A stretch of DNA of 55,436 nt from a virus (IMGVR_UViG_3300033153_012477:1-55436); one strand, 5' to 3'. Shown: positions 8,089 through 17,420, numbered from the stretch's first letter. Notes: a model not told the origin generated them from the sequence alone. Numbers and translations: made by a program.

Positions 8089-8610
8089 CTAAAATAAATA
8101 ATTCTTCTTTTCTTCTTCGATAATCCTATCTCGAACTTGGGTTAATACTTCCCCAAGCCAATTCTTCCCTCTCCAAAATCGTTTACAAGTAGCTCCAAAC
8201 TCATTTTCTCGACAACCAATGCCCCAGATAGAATCATAGGGCGAAGCCTCTGCTAACTCTGTTCCTTTGGTAGCTAATAATAACTTTTTCAACTTTTCAT
8301 TCTGAGTATACTTAAGATAGTTGCCTTCAAACATTGCTTTCTTAGCAGGGTTATCATCAGCAAATTCTCCATACCATTTTTTCTCATCAAAGTCTTTAAC
8401 AGCTCTACCGAGCTTCTTCTGTTTCTTTGGGCTTTTCTCAGCCATGATTTGATAGCGAGTTGCAGTATCACCAAAAAACAGAGCTTTTCTAGCCATATAA
8501 AATTGTTCAGTACACGAGTACTTAACACCGCAGAAATCAATGAAGTAAGCTGTGTGGAAGTTACTAAAAGGTCCCCCCCAAAAAAATGTTATCTTTTCTT
8601 TCTCACTCAT
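8089..8610 (-). CDS. NADAR (YbiA-like) family protein
   Basis: FSNF, TEQFYMARKA, KKLGR, EASPYDSIWGIG, GKNWLGEVL motifs. Confidence 0.9.
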   Translation of the reverse strand: MSEKEKITFFWGGPFSNFHTAYFIDFCGVKYSCTEQFYMARKALFFGDTATRYQIMAEKSPKKQKKLGRAVKDFDEKKWYGEFADDNPAKKAMFEGNYLKYTQNEKLKKLLLATKGTELAEASPYDSIWGIGCRENEFGATCKRFWRGKNWLGEVLTQVRDRIIEEEKKNYLF

Positions 8611-8897
8611 TAAAACAAAAACCCTTGTTCTTTCTTCTTCTTTTTTAACCTATCTGGTTTTTTAGAAAAAGTAGTCTTAGTCTCATCAACTTCTACTTTA
8701 TTTTTTTTAGTTTTCTTTATTTTATTTTCTTTATCTAAAGCGTCTTGCTTTATACCTTCTTTATATTCTTTGAGCCTTTCCTCAGATTTAAAGTACTCGT
8801 CTAAAAAGTCAGGATAACGTACATGCTTACCGTCTCTGAATATCTTGATGATATACTGATTCCAAGTCTCATTATCTTTTTTAACTCTATACTTCAA
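8610..8897 (-). CDS. Basic hypothetical protein
   Basis: ORF with overlapping start/stop junctions. Confidence 0.7.
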   Translation of the reverse strand: MKYRVKKDNETWNQYIIKIFRDGKHVRYPDFLDEYFKSEERLKEYKEGIKQDALDKENKIKKTKKNKVEVDETKTTFSKKPDRLKKKKKEQGFLF

Positions 8898-9313
8898 AAC
8901 TCATATCCTAAACTAAAGAGTGTACTCCTATTTTCCAGTATCTCTGCAATACCATAATACGCACCGTATTGCATTTTAAATCCTAAACCAAAAGTATATC
9001 CTAAGTTACTGTTTAAAGAGGCTCCTATTAAACTTACACCGTATCTTATTTTTTCTGAATTAGAAGCGTAGACAATTTTATCTCTATATATAATTTTTTC
9101 TTTATAAATTAGCTTATCCTTATAAATAACTCGATCCTGGTACACAACTTTCTCTTTAACTTCTGGAGAGCATTCAGCAATAATTGGAGAAGTGTTATTA
9201 TGCCTAGCACGATTCTCTAACTCACTATAGAGTAACCCAAAGACGTACACTGCTGATACAAGAAGTGTGGTAAATAAACCGTAAATAACTAAGGGTAGGG
9301 TTCTATCTTTCAT
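8894..9313 (-). CDS. Membrane-anchored protein with hexapeptide repeats
   Basis: N-terminal TM helix; (K/R)-(V/L/I)-(V/I)-Y repeats; C-terminal beta-strand-like ...LGYEF. Confidence 0.7.
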   Translation of the reverse strand: MKDRTLPLVIYGLFTTLLVSAVYVFGLLYSELENRARHNNTSPIIAECSPEVKEKVVYQDRVIYKDKLIYKEKIIYRDKIVYASNSEKIRYGVSLIGASLNSNLGYTFGLGFKMQYGAYYGIAEILENRSTLFSLGYEF

Positions 9314-9801
9314 ACCTTTACCACCACATTCATTGAGTAATAATTAACAGCAATAACAGGTCTATACATGTATTCTATATTTACCATTGAACGGTCTTCT
9401 TCATAGTGATCTAAAACTACGGCTATTATCTTTGCGTCTTTCTCAATATTTTTAGAAGCTTTCTCTTGTGCTTCTTCCAAAGAACCGTTACATAAAAAAG
9501 TTTTTGTTTTTAGCTCTTCTTCACCTTTAATAAACTCAATAGAATTTAACTGAGTCTTATAAGTAACTTTGTACACAGGGATCTCTCCCATTGAAATTTT
9601 AAGGTCTCTGTTGAAATCAGGAGCAGCGATTACTCTTCGATTATCTAGTTTACCTAAAACGGCTTCCATAGTTTTCTTTAAACTCTCTACGGTTACTGGA
9701 GCAATATCTTGATCTATAGAAGCTATACTGGTACTAAGCTCTCCCTTTATTAGGGAAGCAACCTCATCAGCAGCGACTTGTCTTAGGTCATCATAACTCA
9801 T
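9310..9801 (-). CDS. Hypothetical protein
   Basis: ORF in operon context. Confidence 0.72.
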   Translation of the reverse strand: MSYDDLRQVAADEVASLIKGELSTSIASIDQDIAPVTVESLKKTMEAVLGKLDNRRVIAAPDFNRDLKISMGEIPVYKVTYKTQLNSIEFIKGEEELKTKTFLCNGSLEEAQEKASKNIEKDAKIIAVVLDHYEEDRSMVNIEYMYRPVIAVNYYSMNVVVKV

Positions 9802-10096
9802 CTTTGATAAACCTCACACTATTTGGGGTTATCTCAAATAACCATGACAAACTCGTATCAAAGGCTCCTACTAGTTTACGACCTTTAGATCTTTCGCTTT
9901 CAAGCCATTCTAAAATAATTTTCTGGGATTCAGGAGTATCAACACGCATACCGCTTAACTCTGCAGGACCCTTTATAAAAGCATAATTAGAAGATCTTGC
10001 TTCAGGAGCATCTTCAAGACCTGGCATTGCTCTAGAAGATATCCTAGACATGTGTATAGAAGAACCATCTGTATAAAGAGGTACAGATATTGCCAT
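9791..10096 (-). CDS. Hypothetical protein
   Basis: GGAAGG RBS. Confidence 0.7.
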   Translation of the reverse strand: MAISVPLYTDGSSIHMSRISSRAMPGLEDAPEARSSNYAFIKGPAELSGMRVDTPESQKIILEWLESERSKGRKLVGAFDTSLSWLFEITPNSVRFIKDEL

Positions 10097-10179
10097 AAAC
10101 CTTCCTTAGTTCTCAAGCCTGTGTAAATCTATATAAGTTTATAAAAAGGATTATGGAAAAGCAAGTATATTGAGGGGTG

Positions 10180-10575
10180 CTAAAACAAAATAAATTTTAG
10201 TGCATTGCCAGCGAAGTAGGTATATTTGAGGCTCTTGTACTCTATCAGAAATGTTTCTGCCATGAATAGTTTCATCCTAAAGGTCTCTAGTTTAAGCATA
10301 GTAACATCAGTGTTTAGTTCATCGTATATCAGTTGGTATTCTTCCACTAGGGAGTCTATACGTTTACTTGACCATTTCTTTTGGTGTAGGTTACGTGGAG
10401 CGTTGACCCGCTTTTCTCTATCAAGGTATATCGTGCCCCTACAAAGTTCGTCTCCGTCTTCTGTAGCAATATGCCAGGAATCTCCATAAGTACAAGCATA
10501 CCCAGCAATTGCTCCGTCTTGGTAGGTGTAAAAGACACCCTCAACTTCAAAGTAAGGCTCTTGTTTATGATCCAT
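10180..10575 (-). CDS. Hypothetical protein
   Basis: ORF of 131 aa. Confidence 0.65.
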   Translation of the reverse strand: MDHKQEPYFEVEGVFYTYQDGAIAGYACTYGDSWHIATEDGDELCRGTIYLDREKRVNAPRNLHQKKWSSKRIDSLVEEYQLIYDELNTDVTMLKLETFRMKLFMAETFLIEYKSLKYTYFAGNALKFILF

Positions 10576-10609
10576 AAAGAACTAATAAATTAGCAAAATA
10601 TAATATATG

Positions 10610-11488
10610 TCACTTAGGTATATAATCAGAAAGATATTTTATGGATGTAATCTTAGTAACCTCTTCACCCTTACATTCATTTACACCACAAACATTATTT
10701 ATGTAACATCCTCTCATACGATCATAAGCATAATCAGTTACTCCTCTAACTAAAATTCCTTCTACAAGACCAGTTTCTTGATTGATAACTGGAGAACCTG
10801 AATTTCCACCAAAAGTATCAAGATTAGCTACCAAATAATTTACAGCACTGTTGTCACGGACAATTGCTTGATCAGCTATTTTAGTAGGGAGTCCTGAAGG
10901 ATGCCCAATCACAATCAGGGGGGTATTATTTTGAACAGTTCCCGATGTACGGACTTGTAAATAATCCCTATCAACTACAGGTCTATCAAGTTCAACAACA
11001 GCATAATCGTTATCACTTTCTCGATCTAAAACATATTCTATTACTTTACATGAATAAACCTTATCTTCTGGTATAAATTGCTCACTTTCAATTATATTTT
11101 TTTGGTTATAATCAAATACCCACTTATACATAGAACAAGTATCTAAAACAGTCATGCAGTGTCCTGCAGTAACCAATATTGTTGGAGAAATTAAAAACCC
11201 AGTACACTCTCCAACACTGTTTTGCTCTAAAAAACGAGTATCTTTACAAAAACCTCTTTGGTGCTTTAATGGAGAATAACCAAGAGTGTATCCTTTTCTC
11301 TCTTTATCATAGGTCATGTTATCAAAATCTATTTGAGCTGCAGTCGCAAGTGCCATATCAACTACTTGATTATTAGGGTATTCATTCATGTTAAAACGAT
11401 TATCCTCACCGTAGATCACCTTATCAATAGCAAATGAACTAAAAGTAATTAAAATAGGGAGTAAAAAAGTAATTAAAAATAATCTCAT
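10610..11488 (-). CDS. Secreted trypsin-like serine protease
   Basis: Signal peptide, VIYGEDNR mature N-terminus, TAGHC, NDYA, GGNSGSPV catalytic triad. Confidence 0.9.
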   Translation of the reverse strand: MRLFLITFLLPILITFSSFAIDKVIYGEDNRFNMNEYPNNQVVDMALATAAQIDFDNMTYDKERKGYTLGYSPLKHQRGFCKDTRFLEQNSVGECTGFLISPTILVTAGHCMTVLDTCSMYKWVFDYNQKNIIESEQFIPEDKVYSCKVIEYVLDRESDNDYAVVELDRPVVDRDYLQVRTSGTVQNNTPLIVIGHPSGLPTKIADQAIVRDNSAVNYLVANLDTFGGNSGSPVINQETGLVEGILVRGVTDYAYDRMRGCYINNVCGVNECKGEEVTKITSIKYLSDYIPK

Positions 11489-11607
11489 AGATAACCTCTT
11501 CCTTGTTAATTTAAAAACTACACTAAAACAGAGTTCTTTTTAGGATTCACGACAGAGGAAATATATGAAGAGATTATGTCTTTTCTATAAAATTGAAGGT
11601 TGGATAA

Positions 11608-11682
11608 TGGTAGCAGTGGAGAGAATTGAACTCTCGACCCCATCTTTATCAGAGATGTGCTCTACCCCTGAGCTACACTGCT
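11608..11682 (-). tRNA. tRNA-Ile(GAT)
   Basis: CATCT-CTGATAA-AGATG arm, CCA. Confidence 0.95.
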
Positions 11683-11689
11683 ATAATTT

Positions 11690-11821
11690 TTAAGAAGGAC
11701 GGACACACCTAACATTATTTAGGAGCCATCTATTCTTCTTATATGATCTTTTTAATAATTTTTTCCTGAGCTTAAATCTTTCTTTCTCACTTAGCTCATG
11801 AAATTGTCTTACTCTTTTCAT
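11690..11821 (-). CDS. Small basic protein (43 aa)
   Basis: MKRVRQFHELSEKERFKLRKKLL...; ATG 3 nt after the upstream stop. Confidence 0.45.
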   Translation of the reverse strand: MKRVRQFHELSEKERFKLRKKLLKRSYKKNRWLLNNVRCVRPS

Positions 11822-11823
11822 AA

Positions 11824-12051
11824 CTATTTCAATTGGTGTTTAAGTCTTCGTACTTCACTCAAAGACCTAAGATTTAATTTTTTAAGTTTCTCCATTTCAG
11901 ATAATTTATCATCGTGAAGAATTTCTTTCATTTTTTCTCTACGTTCTATTTTAGCAATAAGCTCATCTGTCACTTGAAAGTCTTCAGGATTAACAGTAAC
12001 CCCTTTATCCATATCTATTTCTTCTTTAATTAAATCTCTCTTGCTCATCAC
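11824..12051 (-). CDS. Hypothetical protein inside the Pro/Tyr/Ile tRNA operon
   Basis: AAGGAG RBS. Confidence 0.7.
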   Translation of the reverse strand: MMSKRDLIKEEIDMDKGVTVNPEDFQVTDELIAKIERREKMKEILHDDKLSEMEKLKKLNLRSLSEVRRLKHQLK

Positions 12052-12064
12052 AATCTCCTTAAAA

Positions 12065-12150
12065 TGGTGGTAGCGGAAGGATTTGAACCTTCGAACCCCG
12101 AAGAGAACAGATTTACAATCTGCATGCTTTAACCCCTTGCATACGCTACC
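12065..12150 (-). tRNA. tRNA-Tyr(GTA)
   Basis: GCAGA-TTGTAAA-TCTGT arm, long variable arm, CCA. Confidence 0.95.
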
Positions 12151-12158
12151 TAAATTTA

Positions 12159-12235
12159 TGGTCTCGGCGGCAAGATTTGAACTTGCGACCCTCTGCTCCC
12201 AAAGCAGATACCCTACCAGACTGGGCTACGCCGAG
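12159..12235 (-). tRNA. tRNA-Pro(TGG)
   Basis: CTGCT-TTGGGAG-CAG region with anticodon TGG, CTCGGCG/CGCCGAG acceptor, CCA. Confidence 0.95.
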
Positions 12236-12323
12236 ATATACTTATACAAATCTTTCGATTTATACTTTAAAAATGAATGTTTGTATTTTACGTGCCTGAT
12301 TAACGCCGACACACACTGATGTA

Positions 12324-12386
12324 TTATCCCCTGTAGGGGATATAGATCGGATAGAAAGGAATGTAGATTGTCATAAATTTTTTCAT
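12324..12386 (-). CDS. Leader peptide MKKFMTIYIPFYPIYIPYRG (20 aa)
   Basis: AGGA RBS; 11 of 12 core residues are I/Y/P, matching the downstream tRNA-Pro, -Tyr and -Ile. Confidence 0.8.
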   Translation of the reverse strand: MKKFMTIYIPFYPIYIPYRG

Positions 12387-12408
12387 AATAATTCCTACTT
12401 AGTACCCT

Positions 12409-12437
12409 ATATTAATGGAATATTAAAATTAAGTCAA
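12409..12437 (-). promoter_or_regulatory. Sigma70-like promoter of Pro/Tyr/Ile tRNA operon
   Basis: TTGACT-17-TAATAT. Confidence 0.7.
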
Positions 12438-12480
12438 CTTTTTTCTACTAATATTTTAAATAAAGTACAAGGAGGACAAC

Positions 12481-12627
12481 ATGGTAACATACACAACTAC
12501 AGCTTATTTTATTTCACCTAGTGGAAAAATGGTTAAACAAACGTATACTTTTGTGCAGGCAAATGTTGATGAAGAAGCAGAAACTGTCGCAGCAACTACC
12601 CCACATGTGGAAGTAGAAATTTCTTAA
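12481..12627 (+). CDS. Small hypothetical protein (48 aa)
   Basis: AGGAGG RBS; followed by hairpin GCCTCT-N4-AGAGGC and a T-rich tail. Confidence 0.65.
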   Translation: MVTYTTTAYFISPSGKMVKQTYTFVQANVDEEAETVAATTPHVEVEIS

Positions 12628-12638
12628 GGATGTAGCCT

Positions 12639-12803
12639 CTACCTAGAGGCTCTTCTTTTCTTTTCTTTTAAATGTATTTTATATATCCAAGTTTTCCAAT
12701 CATCCCCTAACTGATCATACACTTCTTGGATAGCTTCTAGAACACTGTTTAAGTGCTCATTAGAATAGGTCCGTACATAATCTTTCCAGAACTTAGGGTC
12801 CAT
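12639..12803 (-). CDS. Small hypothetical protein (54 aa)
   Basis: MDPKFWKDYVRTY...; GGAG RBS. Confidence 0.5.
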   Translation of the reverse strand: MDPKFWKDYVRTYSNEHLNSVLEAIQEVYDQLGDDWKTWIYKIHLKEKKRRASR

Positions 12804-12805
12804 GT

Positions 12806-13048
12806 TTACTCCAGATAAACATTAACAGAAACTTTCTCGAAATTATACTCACTAGCATAGTGATCCATGTATACTTGAGCTTTACTAGGGGTAAACAAGT
12901 AAGCTTTTTCTTTATCAACGGGTTTAGGTAGTGAAAACGTCTGGTGAGAAGTTAAAGAAACATACTTTCCGTCAGGATACTTAATTAGAAAAAAGTTCCT
13001 CTGCCACTTCACTTTTTGGTTTGATTTCTTTTGTGTCATCTTTCTCAA
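12806..13048 (-). CDS. Hypothetical protein (start uncertain)
   Basis: Track ORF. Confidence 0.55.
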   Translation of the reverse strand: MRKMTQKKSNQKVKWQRNFFLIKYPDGKYVSLTSHQTFSLPKPVDKEKAYLFTPSKAQVYMDHYASEYNFEKVSVNVYLE

Positions 13049-13532
13049 TTTTTTCTCCTTCGTCTGGTTGCACTACTAGAAAATAAAGTACGCCAGCACC
13101 ATGTCTTCTAGCAGCGTAAGCTCTCTTTCTCCCACTAAAACCCCAATAGCTTCCATCTTTAAATTTAACTACAATAGGAGCTTCTAAAAGGACATCACCT
13201 CTTTCCAGTTTGTTCTCTATCTCTTTATAGGATTGGGAGTATGTTTGGTCTTTTAATTTTTCCTCTACTTCTTTAGTCGAAGCAGCAAAGTTCTCTACTT
13301 TAGATAAGATGTCTTCGGTAAGAGAAACGAGTCTTCCTTTAGATAAAAACTTCCTTAGCTCCTTCTCATCTGAAAATCTTAGACCGTGTTTACCAAATAC
13401 AGAACAAGCTTCAGGATTATCAAAATAGCTTTCTATCTCATTACCTATAACTGGGTTTTCCCACTTAACACTGTAACGAGCTAGGAACATTCTAAGTATA
13501 TTATCAACGCTAGATTTTTTCATTTTTATCAA
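12981..13532 (-). CDS. Hypothetical protein, possible ParB/Srx-like domain
   Basis: APIVV...FSGRKRAYAA resembles the ParB-N G-x-x-R motif. Confidence 0.4.
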   Translation of the reverse strand: MIKMKKSSVDNILRMFLARYSVKWENPVIGNEIESYFDNPEACSVFGKHGLRFSDEKELRKFLSKGRLVSLTEDILSKVENFAASTKEVEEKLKDQTYSQSYKEIENKLERGDVLLEAPIVVKFKDGSYWGFSGRKRAYAARRHGAGVLYFLVVQPDEGEKIEKDDTKEIKPKSEVAEELFSN

Positions 13533-14223
13533 ACTCTTTTAGGTTTTTTTCAATTTCTTTATAACGTTCTAAAGTGTATTCCCTGTGGACATATATACTC
13601 TCCCCCTCATAGTTATTTAATTTGGATGGATAGATCCTACTATGTCCTGCTTGGTCTGAAGTGAATTTTAACTCCAAAGGATATTTAACATCATTAACTT
13701 TTCGTAAGTTATAACTACTCATTGCTTTAATATCATCAATAAGAACTTTATTCATTTCTTCTTGAGATCTATTTTGTTTCACTTTTTTAATAGTGTCTTT
13801 AGTAAGTTTAAATTTTCCAAGTAACTTAGCGTCTTCCAACACCTTTTCTCGTTGAATAATGTCTTGCTTAACAAGTTTATCATAGGCAGCTTCCTTAGAA
13901 TACATGTTACCTAATATCGAAATCATAGCTACAAGTATTGCTAGATTCCTAACGAAACCAGCAGGAAAGATTCTTCCAGCGGGAAGACTTGGTACATCAG
14001 CCTTTTTACTTTTTAAAAAGTTTATCATCTTAGGCATAGCAGAGTATACCTCTTCAAGATCCTTCTTAGATTTAATATGCTTCTTAATTAGTTTTATGGC
14101 TTTTTCTTTTGAAGGAAGATCAAAATTTTTCTTAATCCAATCCCCTATAAAATTTCCAGCTATTTTTTCATGATACCTGTCTATAGACGCTATTAACAAC
14201 GTATTCATATGTACCTCAGACAC
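13510..14223 (-). CDS. Hypothetical protein
   Basis: 237-aa ORF. Confidence 0.7.
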   Translation of the reverse strand: MSEVHMNTLLIASIDRYHEKIAGNFIGDWIKKNFDLPSKEKAIKLIKKHIKSKKDLEEVYSAMPKMINFLKSKKADVPSLPAGRIFPAGFVRNLAILVAMISILGNMYSKEAAYDKLVKQDIIQREKVLEDAKLLGKFKLTKDTIKKVKQNRSQEEMNKVLIDDIKAMSSYNLRKVNDVKYPLELKFTSDQAGHSRIYPSKLNNYEGESIYVHREYTLERYKEIEKNLKEFDKNEKI

Positions 14224-14515
14224 TCTTATTGTAGGTTAAGTCATCGTTAATAGGGGTCAGTTTCACTCTTCTAAACTCTCTTAAGGACTGTTTCTCTAGA
14301 ATAGTTCCAATAGTCAGATGCTCACTAGTAACAACCTCCAAATCTGCAGAGAAGTCATCGTACTTAGTGATTATCCTACAGATAGGATCTAGAACGTACT
14401 CCCCAAAAGGATAACGTATCCAAGCAACGTGCTCTCCTTCACCTACCTCTAGATTATAATCCCAGTGTGTTATGTTATGATACAGTCCCATATTATATTC
14501 CTTAGTATAAAGCAT
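14216..14515 (-). CDS. Hypothetical protein
   Basis: Track ORF. Confidence 0.6.
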   Translation of the reverse strand: MLYTKEYNMGLYHNITHWDYNLEVGEGEHVAWIRYPFGEYVLDPICRIITKYDDFSADLEVVTSEHLTIGTILEKQSLREFRRVKLTPINDDLTYNKSV

Positions 14516-14748
14516 GGAATAATTAATTGATTATTCAGGATTTCATAAACTTGAGTAAAAAAGTAGGGTTTATCAAAAACTAATTAAGTGACATCTGAGA
14601 ATTTATTTAATTAAAAGAAGTTGATAACTAAAGGCAGTAGGGAGCATTCACTCCCTACCTGTGACTGCGAATATAGAGACTTGAGACTTCCTCTATAGAC
14701 AATAATCCTGTTTCAGAGTTGTTATATTACAACACTAAGAACTAATAT

Positions 14749-15771
14749 TTAAACTTTTACTTTAACCCATTCGCATTTTTTCTTTAACCAAAACCAGTAC
14801 CACATTCGCTTACACTTCTTAACCCACTTATACTCGACAGGATCTGCAGGACCAGGAATTTCTCCACCTAGTTTGTTCACAACAGTCTTAAACTCCCACA
14901 TAATACAATAGCCGTCACTTCTTTTACATATGTGAAAAGGGAGATACTGGTAACCATAGTCTCCGCAATCAGCTCCCCAACTATTCTTGATAATAAAGTA
15001 GCCGCCACCTTTAATAGAATTGTCTACCTTGTAACCTACAATAGAGATAGCGTGACCCCCGCTAGAAAACCCTGTAGTCGTCCTAATAACGCTTCTACAA
15101 TAGAGCATGTCTTTAGGAGTAGACAGACCAAGATAAACCACAGAACCATTGTCAAGAGCGTCTAAAGCTGCTTCAACATTGTCGCTGAGGTAAACAGAAT
15201 CACCAAGTCTCCATTTCCTATTAGATGCACAAGTTTCTTTTGGGTATGTTTCATTTTGACCCCAATCTTGCTCTCTGCAAACCTCATTACCGTCTTTAGA
15301 TAGAGCATTAACAAAAACTCTACTAGAGTATTGTTTGTACTTGCTCCATGTATCTCTTTCTGAAAGATCAATAGTACTTGGTTGATTAATCAAGTTTTCT
15401 AATCCAGCAACCCCACCAAAAGCAGTACAAGTCCCGTTCCATTGACTCTTAACAGAGGTGTCTCTATTTCTAAAGTCTACACCAAACCTAGCTCTTTCCC
15501 CTTGCCCACCACCTACAGGTGTGCCTTTCTTTTTCTTTTTCTTTTTGAGAGCAGCAAAGTCCTCCCCAAAAAGATCTTCCAGAGGCACAAGGTTTGCTTT
15601 TCTCCTCATTTCTTCAGGATCAATGGAACCTCTTTCCTCAGTTCCTTCGGGATCTTCAACCATCTGTGCGACAATTTCTTCATGAGATAAATAGTCTACG
15701 GATGTTGTAGAGCATCCTGTAACAAGGGCTACCATAACTAAGGTAAACCACAAAATAATGATATTCTTCAT
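14749..15771 (-). CDS. Papain-like (C1 family) cysteine protease, lipoprotein
   Basis: Lipobox LVTGC; QWNGTCTAF, GHAISIVGY, IKNSWG. Confidence 0.88.
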   Translation of the reverse strand: MKNIIILWFTLVMVALVTGCSTTSVDYLSHEEIVAQMVEDPEGTEERGSIDPEEMRRKANLVPLEDLFGEDFAALKKKKKKKGTPVGGGQGERARFGVDFRNRDTSVKSQWNGTCTAFGGVAGLENLINQPSTIDLSERDTWSKYKQYSSRVFVNALSKDGNEVCREQDWGQNETYPKETCASNRKWRLGDSVYLSDNVEAALDALDNGSVVYLGLSTPKDMLYCRSVIRTTTGFSSGGHAISIVGYKVDNSIKGGGYFIIKNSWGADCGDYGYQYLPFHICKRSDGYCIMWEFKTVVNKLGGEIPGPADPVEYKWVKKCKRMWYWFWLKKKCEWVKVKV

Positions 15772-15830
15772 TCAATTCTCCTATTCTGAGATTCTAATAA
15801 ATCATTTTTTCTTAATATACGTAGATTATT

Positions 15831-16787
15831 CTACACAAACAACGTGCTAACTGAGGTGTTAGAGCACACTCTTTTTATTACTTCTGCAAAAATGGGGGAC
15901 ACATCCAGAATTTCCAATTTTTCCCCGTATTTTTCCCTATAGTATTCTACAGTTTCCATATCAATAGGTATCGTATTTGATACTATTGTTCTCTCAAAAG
16001 GTGATGCTGGGTTTAAAAGCTTATGGTAAGCCTTCCCAGAAAGAACCCCATGAGTAGCATAAGCATAAACTTTTTTAGCTCCTCTTTCTTTGAGAAGATT
16101 TCCTGCTTTAACCAAAGTTCCACCTGTGTCTATAATATCGTCAATTATGAGAGCTGTCTTACCTTCAACATCCCCTATAATAGTCATTGAAGATATTTGA
16201 TTTGGCTTAGTACGACGTTTGTCAATCATCGCCATAGGAAGGTTTAGCTTATTAGCTACATTATATACTCTAACAGTACTCCCTGCATCTGGGGAGACTA
16301 TGACAAGATCCTCGTTTGCTAATTCTTTTTTAATGTAATCTAGCACAACAGGTTTAGAGTACAAGTGATCAAATGGAATATCAAAAAATCCCTGAATCTG
16401 ATCTGCATGTAGATCAATGGTAGCAACTCTATCCACTCCCGCTGTGACAATTAGGTTAGCAACTAATTTAGCCGAGATAGGTTGTCGGGGTTGTGCTTTT
16501 CTATCCTGACGACTGTATCCAAAATATGGAATAACTACTCCCACACTTTTAGCAGAAGCTCTCCTTAGAGCATCTACTATAATTAACAGTTCCATAATAC
16601 TTTCATTAACAGGGGCACACGTAGATTGTATAACAAAACAATCTTCACCACGAACAGTCTCTTGTATCTCCACACTGACTTCACCGTCTGAAAATCTTTG
16701 TAGAGTACAATCGGTTAGCTTAACGTCTAGATTTTTTGAGATTAACTCGGCTAAAGCAATGTTTGAGCTTCCTGAAAAAAGTTTCAC
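15831..16787 (-). CDS. prs: Ribose-phosphate pyrophosphokinase
   Basis: FSDGE, PYFGYSRQDR, DLHADQIQGFF, SPDAG, DDIIDTGGT. Confidence 0.95.
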   Translation of the reverse strand: MKLFSGSSNIALAELISKNLDVKLTDCTLQRFSDGEVSVEIQETVRGEDCFVIQSTCAPVNESIMELLIIVDALRRASAKSVGVVIPYFGYSRQDRKAQPRQPISAKLVANLIVTAGVDRVATIDLHADQIQGFFDIPFDHLYSKPVVLDYIKKELANEDLVIVSPDAGSTVRVYNVANKLNLPMAMIDKRRTKPNQISSMTIIGDVEGKTALIIDDIIDTGGTLVKAGNLLKERGAKKVYAYATHGVLSGKAYHKLLNPASPFERTIVSNTIPIDMETVEYYREKYGEKLEILDVSPIFAEVIKRVCSNTSVSTLFV

Positions 16788-16938
16788 GGTGTTTTCTCCT
16801 GTTAGTGTTCCAAGTAGTATCCTCTACAGTTCTCTTGTAGATTCTATCCCACTCTTTATCTTGATTAATAAAAGTAAACAAATCATACAAGATGAAAAGG
16901 ATAAAAGCACCAATAATGTAGTAGTCTTTATGGTCCAT
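16720..16938 (-). CDS. Small membrane protein
   Basis: N-terminal hydrophobic helix. Confidence 0.55.
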   Translation of the reverse strand: MDHKDYYIIGAFILFILYDLFTFINQDKEWDRIYKRTVEDTTWNTNRRKHRETFFRKLKHCFSRVNLKKSRR

Positions 16939-17420
16939 TATACATCCAAACTGTTTTCCATAATTTTGAGAATATCCTCTGACATTTTAAATCTCTTTGC
17001 ATTTATAGGAAGACTTTTATCAAGGGAACCTGTACCAATTTTCTTTCTTGACGCAGCTTTCCAATCGAAAAACATCTCCGTTAAATCAAGCAAATTCATC
17101 CCCGAGTAACCTTCTTTAAAGTGTTGAGGGTGGTGTCGGTTATAGGAGTAGTGATGATCTATAGCAGGTTGAAACTTTTCAAGTATAGCATTGTATTCAG
17201 GGGTGCCGTATTTAACGGTCTTAAACTCAGGAAGATGTTTCCCATAACTCTTACCTTCAAATAAAGTAAACTTAGAGTAGTCATGAATAACTCCTCTCCA
17301 AATAAGCTTAATACAAAATCTTAGGATATACCCAAGAACTAAAGCTTTGTGTTTTAATGTGTGCCACCAAAAAGGAAACATAGTCTTATTCTCCACTTTT
17401 TTTTCTTTTCTTAAATTCAT
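16938..17420 (-). CDS. DUF5662-like (HD-type) protein
   Basis: HDYSK, HHYSYNRHHP, EMFFDWKAA. Confidence 0.7.
   Translation of the reverse strand: MNLRKEKKVENKTMFPFWWHTLKHKALVLGYILRFCIKLIWRGVIHDYSKFTLFEGKSYGKHLPEFKTVKYGTPEYNAILEKFQPAIDHHYSYNRHHPQHFKEGYSGMNLLDLTEMFFDWKAASRKKIGTGSLDKSLPINAKRFKMSEDILKIMENSLDV

Noticed and set aside
12065-12150. U32 in the tRNA-Tyr loop as a nuclease-escape change
   Set aside because: A single deviation; U32 in the other tRNAs is normal, so no pattern can be supported.
12083-12319. 78-aa plus-strand ORF
   Set aside because: Antisense to tRNA-Tyr and tRNA-Pro.
15831-16787. Prs homolog as the Adps enzyme of the NARP1 NAD-reconstitution pathway
   Set aside because: No Namat/Nampt neighbour in the window, and the sequence looks like canonical Prs.
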